From Macrostomum lignano (taxonomy: Eukaryota), in the NCBI GenBank assembly GCA_002269645.1, contig NIVC01002513.1:1-36588 (forward strand): DNA of 36,588 bases, read 5' to 3'. The position numbers and the translations under genes are program-made. Positions 35,236 through 36,588 of this stretch are shown one piece after another (position 1 is the stretch's first letter; every line of letters begins with the position of its first letter). The notes under the pieces were generated by a model. It was not told where the DNA came from. It searched no databases and saw only the letters and a list, made by a program, of their open reading frames with translations.

Positions 35236-35673
35236 TTATTTCCAATATTTAATAACGCCGTCTCGGGTGGCCGTCAGCAAATAGGGCTGTCCAGCGTGCA
35301 TCAGCGCGATGTCGGTGACAGCGTCGCGGAAGCCCATTGTGCTGGCGCGCTGTTGGGCGCTCAACAGCGAGCCGGCTGGCGGCGCCGAAGAAGCGACTAA
35401 TGAAGCGCCGCTAGTAGCGGCAACATTAGCGGCAGCCGAGGACGAAGTGCCGCCGGAAGCAGCGCCGGCATTGGCGGACAGATAGGCCTCAAACAGGACA
35501 TCCGTGTTCGAATTGGCCGTCAGAGCTTCGCGCGCCTCCCGACGATAGGCGACTCGACGATTGACAGAGTCGGAGAATTTGCCGGCTACAATGCGACTGT
35601 CGGCTGGTCGGGCCCAGTCCCACAGGCGGAGGCGGCAGTCGTCGCTACCGGCGTACCAACGGTCCGGGCCGAC
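35236..35673 (-). CDS. PIK3R4: VPS15/PIK3R4 (PI3K regulatory subunit 4), last exon, C-terminal WD40 blade
   Basis: Not in the ORF track because it lacks an early start codon. gcccag|GTC; YAGSDDCRLRLWDWARPADSRIVAG ... GFRDAVTDIALMHAGQPYLLTATRDGVIKYWK-stop matches the recalled PIK3R4 end (TAGSDMKIRFWD ... GHHDIITDVA..IVTASRDGIVKVWK). Confidence 0.88.
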   Translation of the reverse strand, partial: VGPDRWYAGSDDCRLRLWDWARPADSRIVAGKFSDSVNRRVAYRREAREALTANSNTDVLFEAYLSANAGAASGGTSSSAAANVAATSGASLVASSAPPAGSLLSAQQRASTMGFRDAVTDIALMHAGQPYLLTATRDGVIKYWK

Positions 35674-35721
35674 CTGGGCGGGGCATTTAGAATTGTTTGG
35701 TGTAAGGGCTTCAAATCCTAA

Positions 35722-35932
35722 ATGGGATTTTGTAGTTGCTTCCTGAAATGGGATTTTGTAGATTTTATCCCTACAAGGGACATTGTAGGTTTTAACGCTA
35801 AATGAGATTTTTGTAGATTTTTCTCAAAAGGGGATTTAGTAGCTTTTATCTCCAAAAGAGATTTTGTAGGTTTTGTCCCTAAAACGGATTTTGTAGGTTT
35901 TATCCAAAATGGATTTTTGTAGATTTAATCCC
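35722..35932. repeat. Degenerate tandem repeat of roughly 40 bp (GGGATTTTGTAGGTTTTATCCC...) in the last VPS15 intron
   Basis: About 5 diverged copies seen. Confidence 0.75.
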
Positions 35933-35988
35933 TTAGTTACTTAGTATGATGCTACAAAGTTTTCAAGAAGATAATTTCGTGCACGCAC

Positions 35989-36317
35989 CGGCAGCACCGC
36001 GTGGCAGCCGCGCGGAGTTGACTGGGTGACGCTGAGCACGGAGCCACAGAGGCCCAGACGCAGCGGACCCGTTCGCAGGAGCGCAGATCCCAGTCGCCAA
36101 CCTCATTGTTGCTCTGCACGCTCACCAGCAGCCGGTGCGGGTGCAGCAGCAGCTGGGAGGCCGGGCCGCCAGCTGACCAGGCAGGACTCGAAGGCGCAGC
36201 ACACGCATGCTGGTGGGGTGCCGCAGCTGCACCAGCGGCAGCTGGAATCGGCAGTCCCAGACGTCCACAATGCCGCGCGATGTACCGGCGGCTAGCCAGG
36301 AGGTCAGCGAGTTGCGC
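35989..36317 (-). CDS. PIK3R4: VPS15/PIK3R4, penultimate exon (WD40), with two apparent 1-nt deletions
   Basis: tttcag|G ... CTGCCG|gtgcgt. WLAAGTSRGIVDVWDCRFQLP, then shifted LLVSVQSNNEVGDWDL..CVWASVAP, then shifted VLSVTQSTPRGCHAVLP; matches PIK3R4 WLCIGTSSG..WDMRFQLP / VQGNNEVSMWD..LWAS. Confidence 0.82.
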
Positions 36318-36375
36318 CTGAAATTAATGCAGATATGGGATTTAAATGTTTTGATTATGCTTTAGAATTTTATCT

Positions 36376-36588
36376 AAACTCGATTTCGGGATTTTGAAAT
36401 CGGATTTTGGGGATCTGAACTCGATTTCGGGATTTTGAAATCGGATTTTGGGGATCTGAACTCGATTTCGGGATTTTGAAATCGGATTTTGGGGATCTGA
36501 ACTCGATTTCGGGATTTCGAAATCGGATTTTGGGATCGAAACTCGATTTAGGGATTTCAAATGGGATTTTGGGATCGAAACTCGATTT
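36376..36588. repeat. 41-bp minisatellite AACTCGATTTCGGGATTTTGAAATCGGATTTTGGGGATCTG, running off the window end (VPS15 intron)
   Basis: Units start at 36377 and 36418. Confidence 0.93.

Overview
Animal (eukaryotic) genomic DNA, not prokaryotic: GC-rich spliced exons sit in AT-rich or tandem-repeat-filled introns. The style recalls repeat-rich free-living flatworm genomes such as Macrostomum, but that is inference only. Most long ORFs in the supplied track are translations of micro/minisatellites and are not genes. I reconstructed six intron-containing genes from GT-AG sites, exon phases and recalled protein motifs: (1) tandem doublecortin (DCX) domain gene, minus, about 1448-4451, 3' end not located; (2) CLAMP-domain (C8orf74/CABCOCO1-like) ciliary gene, plus, 6263-9028; (3) divergent HR96/NR1J-like nuclear receptor, plus, about 20345-27109; (4) GKAP1-like gene, minus, 30072-31250; (5) small unassigned gene, plus, about 32488-34187; (6) last two exons of VPS15/PIK3R4, minus, 35236-36317. 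Mobile DNA: a decayed RNase H-bearing non-LTR fragment, an RTE element nested inside another RTE with an exact 18-bp target-site duplication, and a hAT-like MITE. There are about 20 distinct tandem arrays. I found no convincing new multi-gene system. The best leads are splice-signal-containing minisatellites filling the nuclear receptor introns, the variant P-box receptor, the nested RTE, CpG-poor TAGGCCTA-rich domains, and recurrent one-base-short exons. Family calls come from remembered motifs, not database searches; copy numbers are span divided by unit length.
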